DNA from: Oscillospiraceae bacterium
GTDB lineage: Bacteria; Bacillota; Clostridia; Oscillospirales; Ruminococcaceae
Reading direction: 5' to 3'
DNA length: 64,000 bases
Assembly: GCA_031266415.1 (NCBI GenBank)
Contig: JAISBB010000001.1
Location: forward strand, 221,556 to 285,555
Below the pieces are notes generated by a model, which worked only from the letters and a program-made list of their open reading frames with translations, searched no databases and was not told where the DNA came from. The number at the start of each line of letters is the position of its first letter. Position 1 is the stretch's first letter. Of the stretch, positions 31,686-41,397 are shown one piece after another. The translations under genes and the position numbers were made by a program.

Positions 31686-33161
31686 CTATCGGCCTGCGCG
31701 TGCAATTTCTTTTACAGACTCTAGTGCAGACCCCAAGCAACTAACAACACTAGAAACCGAAGCAGCTGAGACATTTGCGGAAATAACGTTGTCGGTCTCA
31801 TCTATATTTGAGCCTTTCAAAAAGCCCGCTTGCAAAGTAGCAACAGCGGTATCTGTATCCAGCACTCGAAACGGCCCAGAGCCCGGCGTCGTTTGCAACT
31901 TGCCGCCGCCTGCATCAGCCAACCCGGCGGCATTTGGCGTATCGACAACGGCAAGCCGGAACACAACACGCCGCGTTCCCTTGTAAGAAACTTCGAAATC
32001 AAAACCATTCCAACCAGGGGCGGTGGCACCAGGGGGCATAACGATACTCTCGAAAGCCTGCAAATTTTCCTTCCGGCACGGCTGTGCTGGGTACCCTGAG
32101 TTGGGGTCTCCGACGTTAAGTCTTCCTGGTAGGTTGTTATTGCGCCCAAACGCGCCATCAGAGTCGAGGTGTCCTGGCTTCCACGGCGGCAGAAACAAGT
32201 CATCGCGCATCCAATTTGGATTCATCCATCCCACCAAATCGCTGCCGTCGCTCCGTGCCAGCATCCAGGAACTTGGTTCCTCGCCGTCGCCGAGGGCGAC
32301 AGTCCGAACCGAAACGTCACCAATCGCTGTTAAACTCACTTCCGCACCGCCACCGCGATTCCCACTCCAACGCCCTCCAAACCCGACAGGGGCGGCGTCG
32401 AACTGTCTGGTTGCAGGGTTCCACGGGCCTGCGTACTGATTTCGAGTCTGTGCATCGATTGCCACAATCGGCGTCCCAAAAATAATAGGGTAAACCTTGA
32501 TAAAGTCGGGATGGTTCCGTCCTCCCGCCTTCGCGCCGTTAAGTGGCGAGCAACCAATACCTGCACCTGGAGCAGTTCGCGGTACAAACAAAAATCGCGA
32601 CGCGTTTGCGGGGCCCCGTCCCTCCGGCCTGTCTGCCACGCCAGTCCAGGCCCCCTGGTACGCAAACGCTGCATCCACGTCAGGTGGTCCTATTGGCATT
32701 AAATTCACAGCCGCTGCATCGGCCTCCGCCATACCGTGCGTAGACAAATATTTTCGATAGTTCCAATTGTCCCAATCTTCACCAGTCGTCGGGTCCTTCA
32801 ACGGAGTTTGCGCAAAACGGTGCATACCGGCAGCCGCCTGCGGGTAACAGCAAAGTGCATACTGGTGATCATTTTCCAAACAAAAACAAATGGAGTTTCC
32901 TACTGCCACATGTTCGTGGGGCGCATCAGACGGAACATCACCAAAAAACCGGGCAACACCGGTCGTCTCCGCGCCAGGGCGGCCCGCCGAAGTTCCACTT
33001 CCACCTTCGCTGGGAATTACAGTGAACCCCTTGTCGAGGCCGTAAACGGCCCTCCGCGCTGTCGCGCCAAGTAGATGACCCGCGCCAGCCTGCGCAACAT
33101 TTTCCTGTTGCATCCTTTTTAACATTCGCAGATTCGTTGCTGCTGAACTTAATCCACCCAT
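31686..33161 (-). CDS. G+C-rich, highly divergent axial protein in the flgE (hook) position
   Basis: Strong RBS (AAAGGAGAG-N7-ATG). The N-terminus LSSAATNLRMLKRMQQENVAQAGAG and the C-terminus LQAGFLKGSNIDETDNVIS weakly match the axial-protein terminal motifs. Its position between flgD and fliM supports the call, but the central ~400 aa are unrecognisable. Confidence 0.5.
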   Translation of the reverse strand: MGGLSSAATNLRMLKRMQQENVAQAGAGHLLGATARRAVYGLDKGFTVIPSEGGSGTSAGRPGAETTGVARFFGDVPSDAPHEHVAVGNSICFCLENDHQYALCCYPQAAAGMHRFAQTPLKDPTTGEDWDNWNYRKYLSTHGMAEADAAAVNLMPIGPPDVDAAFAYQGAWTGVADRPEGRGPANASRFLFVPRTAPGAGIGCSPLNGAKAGGRNHPDFIKVYPIIFGTPIVAIDAQTRNQYAGPWNPATRQFDAAPVGFGGRWSGNRGGGAEVSLTAIGDVSVRTVALGDGEEPSSWMLARSDGSDLVGWMNPNWMRDDLFLPPWKPGHLDSDGAFGRNNNLPGRLNVGDPNSGYPAQPCRKENLQAFESIVMPPGATAPGWNGFDFEVSYKGTRRVVFRLAVVDTPNAAGLADAGGGKLQTTPGSGPFRVLDTDTAVATLQAGFLKGSNIDETDNVISANVSAASVSSVVSCLGSALESVKEIARAGR

Positions 33162-33410
33162 TTTTCATCTCTCCTTTTCTCATCTTTTTCTCTACGGCAA
33201 CAATATTTTTGCCGCGGACATCACAAGCACAAAAATTAAATAACCAACAATCAAAACATCACCATATCATCATTCCGCCTCAAAGAACTACAAACGCTCC
33301 GAGACTTTTTCAAAAACGAATACATCTTCGCAATAAAATCTTTTTCTTTCAACAGAGCAATCAATTCAAAGAGAAAATCAGCGAAACAAATTATTCGCTA
33401 TCTATTTCAA

Positions 33411-34361
33411 TTACACAACCTTCCACTCTTCCGCCGGCGTTTTTTTATTCTGACCCTGGCCCAAATGGTTAATAGCCGCGTCGATTTTCCTTTTTAAGTT
33501 ACCTATGCCATTGTCATTTTTAAACTCAATTAGTTTTGTGTTCACCCGGTTTTTGGCGATAACCAACAAACGATATTTTTGTCTTCCTGCTTCTTTTGCA
33601 TCTTCAGAGCCTAAATCAATCCCTTCCTGAGTCTTTTGCATATCATCATCAATTTTCGCTAACAAAGCATTCCATTTTCCACCTAAATCATTTAGAGTAG
33701 CACGGAATTCAACTAATCGGTCACACAAATTTTTTCTCACTCCATTAGAGCGCTGTTTCTTTTCAGCCATCGCAATAAGGGCATCAATTCCTTCTTTAGT
33801 AAAAGTCATATCGTCTTGTAACTGCTGCGCCCTGTTTTCATATTCCGTAACAATTGGAGGAGTCACGCTAACTGCAGCCTCTGCTGAGACTGCCCCAAAA
33901 ACCCGATCTGCAGGAATCCAATCATCCCCAATCAATAAAGAAATAGTATTGCCCTGTTTCGAAACGGCTTTCACTTTACCTACATGCAAATCCGCATCAC
34001 CCGGGGACTGAAAACTAACAGAGCTGTCAATCAATTTCTGCGCAGTTGAGAAGGCTTTCTGTTTTGCGGCTTTTTCCATTGTGTCAGAAACACGTTGCAA
34101 CATTTCTATATTTGCCCCAGCCAAGGCAATATCCACAGCACTACCGGCACCACCACCACCAGATCCCAATCCAGCGGCAAGGTTTTGAGTAGCAATAGCC
34201 ACAAATTTCGCCGTTGTGGCCGCATTCCATTTCTCTTTTTTGCCACCTTCTGGCTTCTTCAATACTAGCTCTCCATTGGGACCCAAAGTAACAGTGGCAG
34301 CATTTTCGTTTTTGTGTCTTTCGTTAAGCTTCGCCAACAACGCACTTGAAACAATACCCAT
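33411..34361 (-). CDS. flgD: Flagellar hook-capping protein FlgD-like with a long C-terminal extension
   Basis: ...ANIEMLQRVSDTM... then AQKLIDSSVSF....GKVKAVSKQGNTISLLIGDDWIPADRVFGA resembles the FlgD Tudor-like core. It lies between fliK and the hook gene, and about 160 extra helical residues follow. Confidence 0.6.
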   Translation of the reverse strand: MGIVSSALLAKLNERHKNENAATVTLGPNGELVLKKPEGGKKEKWNAATTAKFVAIATQNLAAGLGSGGGGAGSAVDIALAGANIEMLQRVSDTMEKAAKQKAFSTAQKLIDSSVSFQSPGDADLHVGKVKAVSKQGNTISLLIGDDWIPADRVFGAVSAEAAVSVTPPIVTEYENRAQQLQDDMTFTKEGIDALIAMAEKKQRSNGVRKNLCDRLVEFRATLNDLGGKWNALLAKIDDDMQKTQEGIDLGSEDAKEAGRQKYRLLVIAKNRVNTKLIEFKNDNGIGNLKRKIDAAINHLGQGQNKKTPAEEWKVV

Positions 34362-34367
34362 ATATCG

Positions 34368-35903
34368 TCACCTCTTAACAGCAGCATCTAAAACAAACTC
34401 ACTAGCGTTTGCAGCCATTCCTTTCCAATGGTCGTAAGCTTCTTCTTTTTGGCGGTTCAAATTGTCTTGTGACCCGTTCCCTGTTGCATTTTCGCCGTTG
34501 TTTGCTCCAAAATTGCCAACATTAACAGTCTCCAACTGAATTCCACGCGCCGCTAGTTCATTTCTAAATGCAGGAAGTAACTGCAACAAAAGAGCTCGCG
34601 TTTGATTATTTTCCGCTTGTAAATCTACTGTTACTTGGTCATTCGCAACCATAACAACAACAGTCAGTTGCCCAAATTCTCCTAAGTCTAAACTAAATTT
34701 TGCAACACCATCACACTTTGCTCCAGCAGAAATATAAGCATTTTCAATTACTTCAATAAGCTGCTGTTTAATTGAAGAATACGTCTCTTTCAAAGTTGGT
34801 TCAAAATCTCTGCCTGCCGCAGCAGAAAGTGAAACATCCACATTCACAAAATCAGAACGAAAGCTCTCGGAAAAATCTTGATTCGCATTCTGATTTTGCC
34901 CTTCTTGGCCGGAACTAAAATCTTCTGAAAGCCTTTCAACAGCTTCTTCTGCTTGTAAAGAAGAAATTACTACTTCACCAGATTCCACACCCTTTTTCTG
35001 CGATTCGCCGACATTATTTCTAATATTAAGCAACTCATTGCCACTCCCAAGAGAATCCTTTTCAAATGGCAATTTTAAAAATAACGAACCTGAATCGGGC
35101 TCCGCAGACACAAACATTTCAGCAAACTGATCAGAAGAAATTTCATCAGCAGCACCATTTTCGCCAAACAAAACTGCAAATTGCGAGGATTTCCCAATAT
35201 CAATTCTTGGATGGCTATCATCCGAAACAGTCATGGCCGCGGGATTAGATTCTGAATTGCCTTTTTGCTTCTCACAGGGAGCCAACGCGGCAACTTCTGG
35301 CTCAATAACATCTACTCCTATAGGTTCCCCCGATTCTATTGCGGCACTCGACATGGGAACAGTGTTTTTTGGCACAAAGAATCCAACCCCATTTGCAGCC
35401 GCTACTTGCGAAACAACAGCAGCACTAACATCTGAAGCTTTTAGCCTCGAGGTTTTTTCTTCTTTTTCTTCACCATCACAAAACTCAGCAACACTTTGTG
35501 TTGGCGTTGCAGGATTTTTAGGTGAGGAATCTTTCCGGCCATGGGGTTCTTCTGACGGTTTTTTTTCTATTGTTCCTGTACCCTGGGACGGAAGTTGGTC
35601 CAAACTCATTTTAGACTCCGACTTTGAAGTCGCCTTTCCAACAACAAACAACGGCTGAGACGCATCCCCAATGGGGTTAGAACTCTTACTATCACTTTTC
35701 CGAAATTGGGGATGCCCCAAATTAAAACGGTTCAACAAGCCATCACTATACTTTTTTCTTTTGCTATCGCCTGCAAACATACAAAAATGATCTAAAAAAC
35801 TTACACTCACACCATTAGCTTTCTGGCCATCTCTCTGCTCTGCAAGAAAATGAGACGATTCCATTGGTAAAGTTGTTGAATCTAATATTTTTTCTGGCCT
35901 CAT
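34368..35903 (-). CDS. fliK: Flagellar hook-length control protein FliK
   Basis: A long S/P/E-rich, disordered-looking N-terminal region is followed by a C-terminal Flg_hook-type domain (LSLDLGEFGQLTVVVMVANDQVTVDLQAENNQTRALLLQLLPAFRNELAARGIQL). Lies after fliJ. Confidence 0.75.
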   Translation of the reverse strand: MRPEKILDSTTLPMESSHFLAEQRDGQKANGVSVSFLDHFCMFAGDSKRKKYSDGLLNRFNLGHPQFRKSDSKSSNPIGDASQPLFVVGKATSKSESKMSLDQLPSQGTGTIEKKPSEEPHGRKDSSPKNPATPTQSVAEFCDGEEKEEKTSRLKASDVSAAVVSQVAAANGVGFFVPKNTVPMSSAAIESGEPIGVDVIEPEVAALAPCEKQKGNSESNPAAMTVSDDSHPRIDIGKSSQFAVLFGENGAADEISSDQFAEMFVSAEPDSGSLFLKLPFEKDSLGSGNELLNIRNNVGESQKKGVESGEVVISSLQAEEAVERLSEDFSSGQEGQNQNANQDFSESFRSDFVNVDVSLSAAAGRDFEPTLKETYSSIKQQLIEVIENAYISAGAKCDGVAKFSLDLGEFGQLTVVVMVANDQVTVDLQAENNQTRALLLQLLPAFRNELAARGIQLETVNVGNFGANNGENATGNGSQDNLNRQKEEAYDHWKGMAANASEFVLDAAVKR

Positions 35904-35934
35904 TTTTCTTCACCTCCTTTCCGATTAACTAACA

Positions 35935-36378
35935 TTACCTTTCGGCAGTAACATTAGCAACAAATTCATCTATCATCTTCGCTTCATCTTTTGCCACCGC
36001 TACATTATACTCCATAAGTCGCCTTTCGCGCAACTTTTCCAAAATTTTCACATCAATGTTGGCCTCAACAACTACCTTTCTTTGTTCTTCTTTTTGCATT
36101 TTTTCATTTAAAACTGCACCAGATGCAGAATCCAGTGCACTAATTAAATAACAAACCTGGCGTTGCCGCAACTCATATTGCGTAATTTTAAGCCCTAAAC
36201 TTGCCTCCGTTTTCAAAGCCTTATTTTCCTCAACAATCTTATCCTGCAACAAATTTCGAGACTTTTCAAGCTCCAAAAGTCTTTGATTAATTTTGCTAAG
36301 CTTTCCCTGCTCTACATTCAACAATTGCTGCCGATATTCTAAAACTTTTTGCAATGTAAATTTAAATTTTTTCATCAA
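35935..36378 (-). CDS. fliJ: Flagellar export chaperone FliJ
   Basis: 147-aa coiled-coil protein (F.L.KVLEYR......E...L...) immediately after fliI. Confidence 0.7.
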   Translation of the reverse strand: MMKKFKFTLQKVLEYRQQLLNVEQGKLSKINQRLLELEKSRNLLQDKIVEENKALKTEASLGLKITQYELRQRQVCYLISALDSASGAVLNEKMQKEEQRKVVVEANIDVKILEKLRERRLMEYNVAVAKDEAKMIDEFVANVTAER

Positions 36379-37685
36379 GTAAACACTTCTTTCATTCTAT
36401 CAACCACCTCTATTCTTTCAAAAGATTCGCTTACGCCTTGTTGCAAAAACGCATTCACTTTATCAATTCGCGACACCGCATCATCTAATTTTTTATTAAT
36501 ACCCGGTTTATATGCCCCAATTGTAATAAGGTCATAGTTTTCATGATAAAGGGCCAAAATCTCTCGTATTTTGCCGGCCAAAGCCTTTTCTTCATCCGGT
36601 ACAATATCGCTCATCAATCGGCTTATGCTTGGTAAAATATCAATTGCCGGATAATGGCCTCTGCTTGCAATTTCTCTCGATAAAATTATATGGCCGTCAA
36701 TAATCCCACGAACAGTATCTGCTATCGGTTCATTTGTGTCATCACCTTCAACCAAAACCGTATATAACGCCGTAATGGAACCAGCTTTAAAATTACCCGC
36801 TCGCTCTAAAAGTTTAGGCAAAACAGCATAAAGCGACGGAGTATAACCTCTGGCAACGGGTGGTTCGCCAGCTGCTAACCCCACCTCTCTTTGCGCCATA
36901 GCAAACCTAGTTAATGAATCCATCATTAAAAGTACATCATTACCCTTATCTTTAAAATATTCTGCAATAGCCGAAGCAGTTAATGCACATTTAATTCTCA
37001 TCATCGCAGGTTGGTCAGAAGTGGCTGTTACTAAGATAGAGTTTCGCATACCAGTTTCCCCAAGGTCTTTTTCAATAAATTCCCGCACTTCACGACCACG
37101 CTCACCAACCAGTGCAATCACATTAATGTCAGCTTTTGCTTCTTTGGCAATCATTCCAAGCAATGTACTCTTACCAACACCACTTCCAGCAAAAATTCCA
37201 ATCCTTTGCCCTTTTCCAATTGTCAACAAACCATCAATTGCTTTAACTCCCAAATGGAGCATTTCGTTAATGCGAACTCTTGCCAACGGATTCTGGTTCT
37301 CACTTTCAACACCATATCTTTCATAAGTAACAATATCGCCTTTTTCATCCATTGGCTCACCAATAGCATTTATCACACGGCCAATTAACGCTTCTCCAAC
37401 AGGGATATCTAACTTTGCCTTTGTGTTTTCCACTAAATAATTAAAGCCAATTCCACCCATATCTTCATACGGAACCAACAATATTCTGTCAGCTTTAAAC
37501 CCAACCACTTCTGCATGATAAACCTTGGAACTTCGCTTGTTTTCATAGATTTTGCAAACATCACCAAGCCGCGCTCTCGGACCTGTGGCTTCAATCATAA
37601 GTCCAACAACTCTATCCACTTTTCCCATAAAAGTATAGAATTCTTTTTCTTTAAGCATTCGATTACATTTTACAAAATCTATCAT
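36375..37685 (-). CDS. fliI: Flagellum-specific ATPase FliI
   Basis: Walker A GSGVGKSTLLGMI, Walker B LLMMDSLTRFA, and the F1/T3SS-ATPase layout. Confidence 0.97.
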   Translation of the reverse strand: MIDFVKCNRMLKEKEFYTFMGKVDRVVGLMIEATGPRARLGDVCKIYENKRSSKVYHAEVVGFKADRILLVPYEDMGGIGFNYLVENTKAKLDIPVGEALIGRVINAIGEPMDEKGDIVTYERYGVESENQNPLARVRINEMLHLGVKAIDGLLTIGKGQRIGIFAGSGVGKSTLLGMIAKEAKADINVIALVGERGREVREFIEKDLGETGMRNSILVTATSDQPAMMRIKCALTASAIAEYFKDKGNDVLLMMDSLTRFAMAQREVGLAAGEPPVARGYTPSLYAVLPKLLERAGNFKAGSITALYTVLVEGDDTNEPIADTVRGIIDGHIILSREIASRGHYPAIDILPSISRLMSDIVPDEEKALAGKIREILALYHENYDLITIGAYKPGINKKLDDAVSRIDKVNAFLQQGVSESFERIEVVDRMKEVFT

Positions 37686-37708
37686 TCAAAATACCTCGCC
37701 ACAGCTCA

Positions 37709-38548
37709 TCACGGCCCTAACAACGCTTTCATTTTGTTTCTAACATTTCGAATTTGAGTTTCCACACCTGCATCAACAAATTCCAATGGCGTGTCTATCA
37801 ACAATCCGCCTTCTTCCTCTTCATCATTCACACTAATCCTCACATTTTTAAATCCAGAGACTGTTCCCAACAACCGTTTATCAAGTGCAATTTTCTCTTT
37901 CGCACCCACACTTGGAACAGTTAACAAAACCCACTCGAGTTCTCCAAATCCATCTAAAACAGATTTCGCAATATTCACATATATTTCATCATTTTTTTCA
38001 ACGATACTTTTCGTCACTTTTTGCGCGATATTAAATGCCAAGTCAACCAAATCTTCTTCATACCGCTCTAACATTTCAGCTTTGCTTTGGTTCAGTCTAT
38101 TAATTATTTCTTTTAATTCCACTAAAGTTTCATCTAATTCTTGTTTTTTCTCTTCTTCGCCTATTTTTCGCCCCAAGTCATAACCTTCTTCATAACCATC
38201 ACACATTCCACGCTTATAACCTTCGCGAAGACGTTTTCTAAGGCTGCGTTCTAAAACCACAAATTCTTTGTTTTTTTTTGAAACCAAAAGTGCCGCATCT
38301 TTTTTCGCTTTTTTTATGGCTGTTCTATAAGCTATTCTTGCACTTTCTAAACACTCAGAAGCTTTGCGCAAAAGTTCTTTATGTGTTTCTTCAAGCTTCA
38401 CCGTTAGCTCTTCTTGTACACCACTGTGATCTTCATCAGCGAAATTTTTCTTTTCTTCTAAATTTAAATCATCAAAAACTGCATCTAAAATTGTCGATTT
38501 TTTCACAGAAGAACTTGATATTTTTTTCGAATTTATTATCTTAGACAA
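37709..38548 (-). CDS. fliH: Flagellar assembly protein FliH
   Basis: Charged coiled-coil N-terminal half plus a FliH/YscL-like C-terminal domain. Lies between fliG and fliI. Confidence 0.7.
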   Translation of the reverse strand: MSKIINSKKISSSSVKKSTILDAVFDDLNLEEKKNFADEDHSGVQEELTVKLEETHKELLRKASECLESARIAYRTAIKKAKKDAALLVSKKNKEFVVLERSLRKRLREGYKRGMCDGYEEGYDLGRKIGEEEKKQELDETLVELKEIINRLNQSKAEMLERYEEDLVDLAFNIAQKVTKSIVEKNDEIYVNIAKSVLDGFGELEWVLLTVPSVGAKEKIALDKRLLGTVSGFKNVRISVNDEEEEGGLLIDTPLEFVDAGVETQIRNVRNKMKALLGP

Positions 38549-39554
38549 TCAACTCATCCTTTCCGGATTTGTCAATTTCTATTTCTCCATCCCTGCTCAA
38601 TGTTCTCACCACCTGAACAATTCGCTGCTGTGCCCCTTCCACATCAGATAAGCGTACACGAGTCATATATGAAATTTCTTCTCTTATTTCTTCAGCCAAA
38701 CGTTGCGAAACATTAGCATAAATAAATTCAACGATTTCTTCACTTGCGCCTTTTATTGCCAAAGCCAAATCACGCCTGTCCACTTCTCTTAACACCTTTT
38801 GGACTGCCTCTGGCCGCAACAACAAAAGATCTTCAAACACAAACATTCTTTTAATAATTTCTTCACTAAGCACGGGATCACGTTCCGCAATTCCTTCTAA
38901 GATACTTTTTTCCACTCTAATATCAACACTGTTTATAACATCTGCAACATATTTAACACCATCCAAAATCGTTTTCTTGCCGCCACCCATAACATCCTTT
39001 AACTTTTTCGCAATTAACTTCTCTATGTCTCTCAAAACATCGCGTGAAATTCCATTCATTTTTGCAATTCTGGCAATCACATCTATTCGCTCGTCATTTG
39101 GCAATTTTGAAACAACTGCCGAAACTTGTTCTGGCTTAGCATTTGAAAGAATAAAGGCTACTGTTTGTGGGTGCTCATTCTGAACAACACTCATCAAAGC
39201 CTTTTCATCCAAATTTTTTATTATATTCGTTGAATTTGAATCCATCATTTCTTCAATTTGCTTAAGGTACTCATCCGCCATCTTATGGCCGAAAGCACCT
39301 TCTAACATTTTTTTTGCAGATTCCATGCCACCTTCGGCAAACATTTTTTTAGAAACACACAAAGAATAAAACTCTTCCAATATTTCTTGAATCGTATCAC
39401 TAGAAATTTCACCAAGTCGCGCTACTTCTAAGGTTAACTTTCTGACTTCGTCTTCTCCAAGGTGTTTATATATTTTAGATGAATATTCACGTCCAACGGA
39501 TACAACAATAACAGCCGCTTTCTTGGCCCCAGACAAATCAGCCATTCCTCTCAA
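38541..39554 (-). CDS. fliG: Flagellar motor switch protein FliG
   Basis: G.KKAA......G...SS.I.K.L...E...L, the MFVFEDL motif and 337 aa. Confidence 0.95.
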   Translation of the reverse strand: MRGMADLSGAKKAAVIVVSVGREYSSKIYKHLGEDEVRKLTLEVARLGEISSDTIQEILEEFYSLCVSKKMFAEGGMESAKKMLEGAFGHKMADEYLKQIEEMMDSNSTNIIKNLDEKALMSVVQNEHPQTVAFILSNAKPEQVSAVVSKLPNDERIDVIARIAKMNGISRDVLRDIEKLIAKKLKDVMGGGKKTILDGVKYVADVINSVDIRVEKSILEGIAERDPVLSEEIIKRMFVFEDLLLLRPEAVQKVLREVDRRDLALAIKGASEEIVEFIYANVSQRLAEEIREEISYMTRVRLSDVEGAQQRIVQVVRTLSRDGEIEIDKSGKDELIV

Positions 39555-41245
39555 TCCTCACTTCTAATCCAGGTTTTAATAAATTGTGCTGCTGCTTCTA
39601 CATTTTCATCAATAAACTCAGCAATACCATCCAACAAATTCTGCTCATCTTCTTTTTTCAACGCCTCTGCTTTTTGCGAGTCAATTTGAAGGTCAGGGTC
39701 AGATTGCTCCAAATTCGCTGTGTTAACTTCATTTTCAATTGACTTAAACACATCCATATCTAAACCACCCACAATCTCATTTCCATTCACATTTTCTTCC
39801 GGCACAATCTCAGCTGCTACTTCCTCTGTTTGAACTTTTGATAACCCCAGTCCTTTAGCAAGGTCTCCATCTGCAAATTCTGGCTGTTTCTTATTTCTTC
39901 TAGCGCGAATTAAAACAATTACAACAACCAAGCCCAAAATCAAAACCAAACCTACACCAATCAAAGCCGCCATACCAAGAGGCATCCCCAAAAATCTTTT
40001 TTCCAGCACTTTTTGCTCATTATTAGGAGTTTCAGAAAATTTCATATTATAAAGAACTACTCTATCTTCAGGAAGTCCCGCCGCAGAAGCTACTAATCGT
40101 GCAATGCCTGTCTTTTCAACATCCGTCAATTCTTCTTTATTAACAGCAACAGCAACCGAAACGGTTTCCACAGTTGGTAAATTTTTCACAACACGCTCTT
40201 CGCGTTTGTTCACCAAGAAATCTTCCGCAACTTCTCGCTGAGCAGAAGATGTTTTTTCTTCTTGCTTTTCGGGCGTTTTGAAATTTTCTGCATTTTCTTC
40301 AATTCCGCCCAATTTTTCTTCAGTTTGTGGCTTTGAAGATTCGTCTTGAGCTGTAGCTTCCTCTCGATGTTGAATAACTCCATTGCCATAAGTCGTTTCT
40401 GTTGTTTCTTTCCCTTCAAGGTCAACACGACTTCTAACAGCAACCATCACATTCCCTTTGCCAAACATCGGCTCAAGAACAGAAAGCACCCTTTTCTTTA
40501 TGCTGCTGTCTGCCTTGTCTTCTATCTGCAAAAGATCAACATCTGCATTCGAATCTTTTTCAAAATCTGACTCCAGCAAATTGCCGGCATTATCAACAAC
40601 CACCACACGGTCTGCCTCAAGCCGCGGAACACTTCTTGCAATCAGTGATTTAATCCCTGCAACTTGTTTCGCTGAAAGTTTTGGGTCAAAACCTCCCAAA
40701 GTCAGTTTAACAGAAGCACTCGGCAATTCTTTATCTTCATCTAAAACAAATGAATTATCTTCCGGCAAAGCAATATGAATTGCGGCAGCATTAACACCTT
40801 CAATTGTTTCAATTGTTTTTTCTAATCTGTCTTGAAGTTGATATAAAAAATAAATTCGCTTTTCACTGTCTGACGAAAGAAGGCTACTACCTTCCTTAAA
40901 TATATCATAACCCGAAGGGATTTTCGAAAATCCCTCAATAGAAAGCTGCATAGCAGCAACTTCCGAATCTTTTTTGGGAACGCTAACACGCCCACCATTT
41001 TCTAAATTGGCATCAATTCCAAAACTCCTGAGTTTAGAAACCACTTTCACAGCTTCTGAAGATTCCAACCCCTCATAAACAGTAACACGAGAAGGTGCCC
41101 CACTCAACAATGAACCAATCACAAGAAACAATGAAAGCGCTCCACCAACAGAAACCCCATATATTATTTTTTTCTTTCTTTCTAAGTTGTTCCAAAAGTC
41201 ACGTGCTTTTTGCCCAAATCCCTTCAGGTCGACCTTCATATCCAA
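39551..41245 (-). CDS. fliF: Flagellar M-ring protein FliF
   Basis: N-terminal TM helix, YscJ/FliF domain (LY..L......A.V...L...GI), a second TM helix (MAALIGVGLVLILGLVVVIVLI) and an acidic C-terminal FliG-binding tail. Confidence 0.9.
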   Translation of the reverse strand: MDMKVDLKGFGQKARDFWNNLERKKKIIYGVSVGGALSLFLVIGSLLSGAPSRVTVYEGLESSEAVKVVSKLRSFGIDANLENGGRVSVPKKDSEVAAMQLSIEGFSKIPSGYDIFKEGSSLLSSDSEKRIYFLYQLQDRLEKTIETIEGVNAAAIHIALPEDNSFVLDEDKELPSASVKLTLGGFDPKLSAKQVAGIKSLIARSVPRLEADRVVVVDNAGNLLESDFEKDSNADVDLLQIEDKADSSIKKRVLSVLEPMFGKGNVMVAVRSRVDLEGKETTETTYGNGVIQHREEATAQDESSKPQTEEKLGGIEENAENFKTPEKQEEKTSSAQREVAEDFLVNKREERVVKNLPTVETVSVAVAVNKEELTDVEKTGIARLVASAAGLPEDRVVLYNMKFSETPNNEQKVLEKRFLGMPLGMAALIGVGLVLILGLVVVIVLIRARRNKKQPEFADGDLAKGLGLSKVQTEEVAAEIVPEENVNGNEIVGGLDMDVFKSIENEVNTANLEQSDPDLQIDSQKAEALKKEDEQNLLDGIAEFIDENVEAAAQFIKTWIRSED

Positions 41246-41397
41246 ACTCCTACCCCAAACCCAAAAATAGCCCTCATATTTTCCTGAAGGGCAATGTTAA
41301 ACAGCCTAACCTAAGAAAAATCATTTTACAAAACTCACTAAATCAACAAACACACAATTATCCATCTACTCTGGTTGCACAATGCCAAAAAACACTG

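Noticed and set aside
31789-33183. A dozen overlapping ORFs of 60-138 aa on both strands inside the flgE-slot gene
   Set aside because: Stop-codon depletion in ~60% G+C DNA explains them. Only the 491-aa minus-strand frame spans the region, has a strong RBS and shows axial-protein termini.
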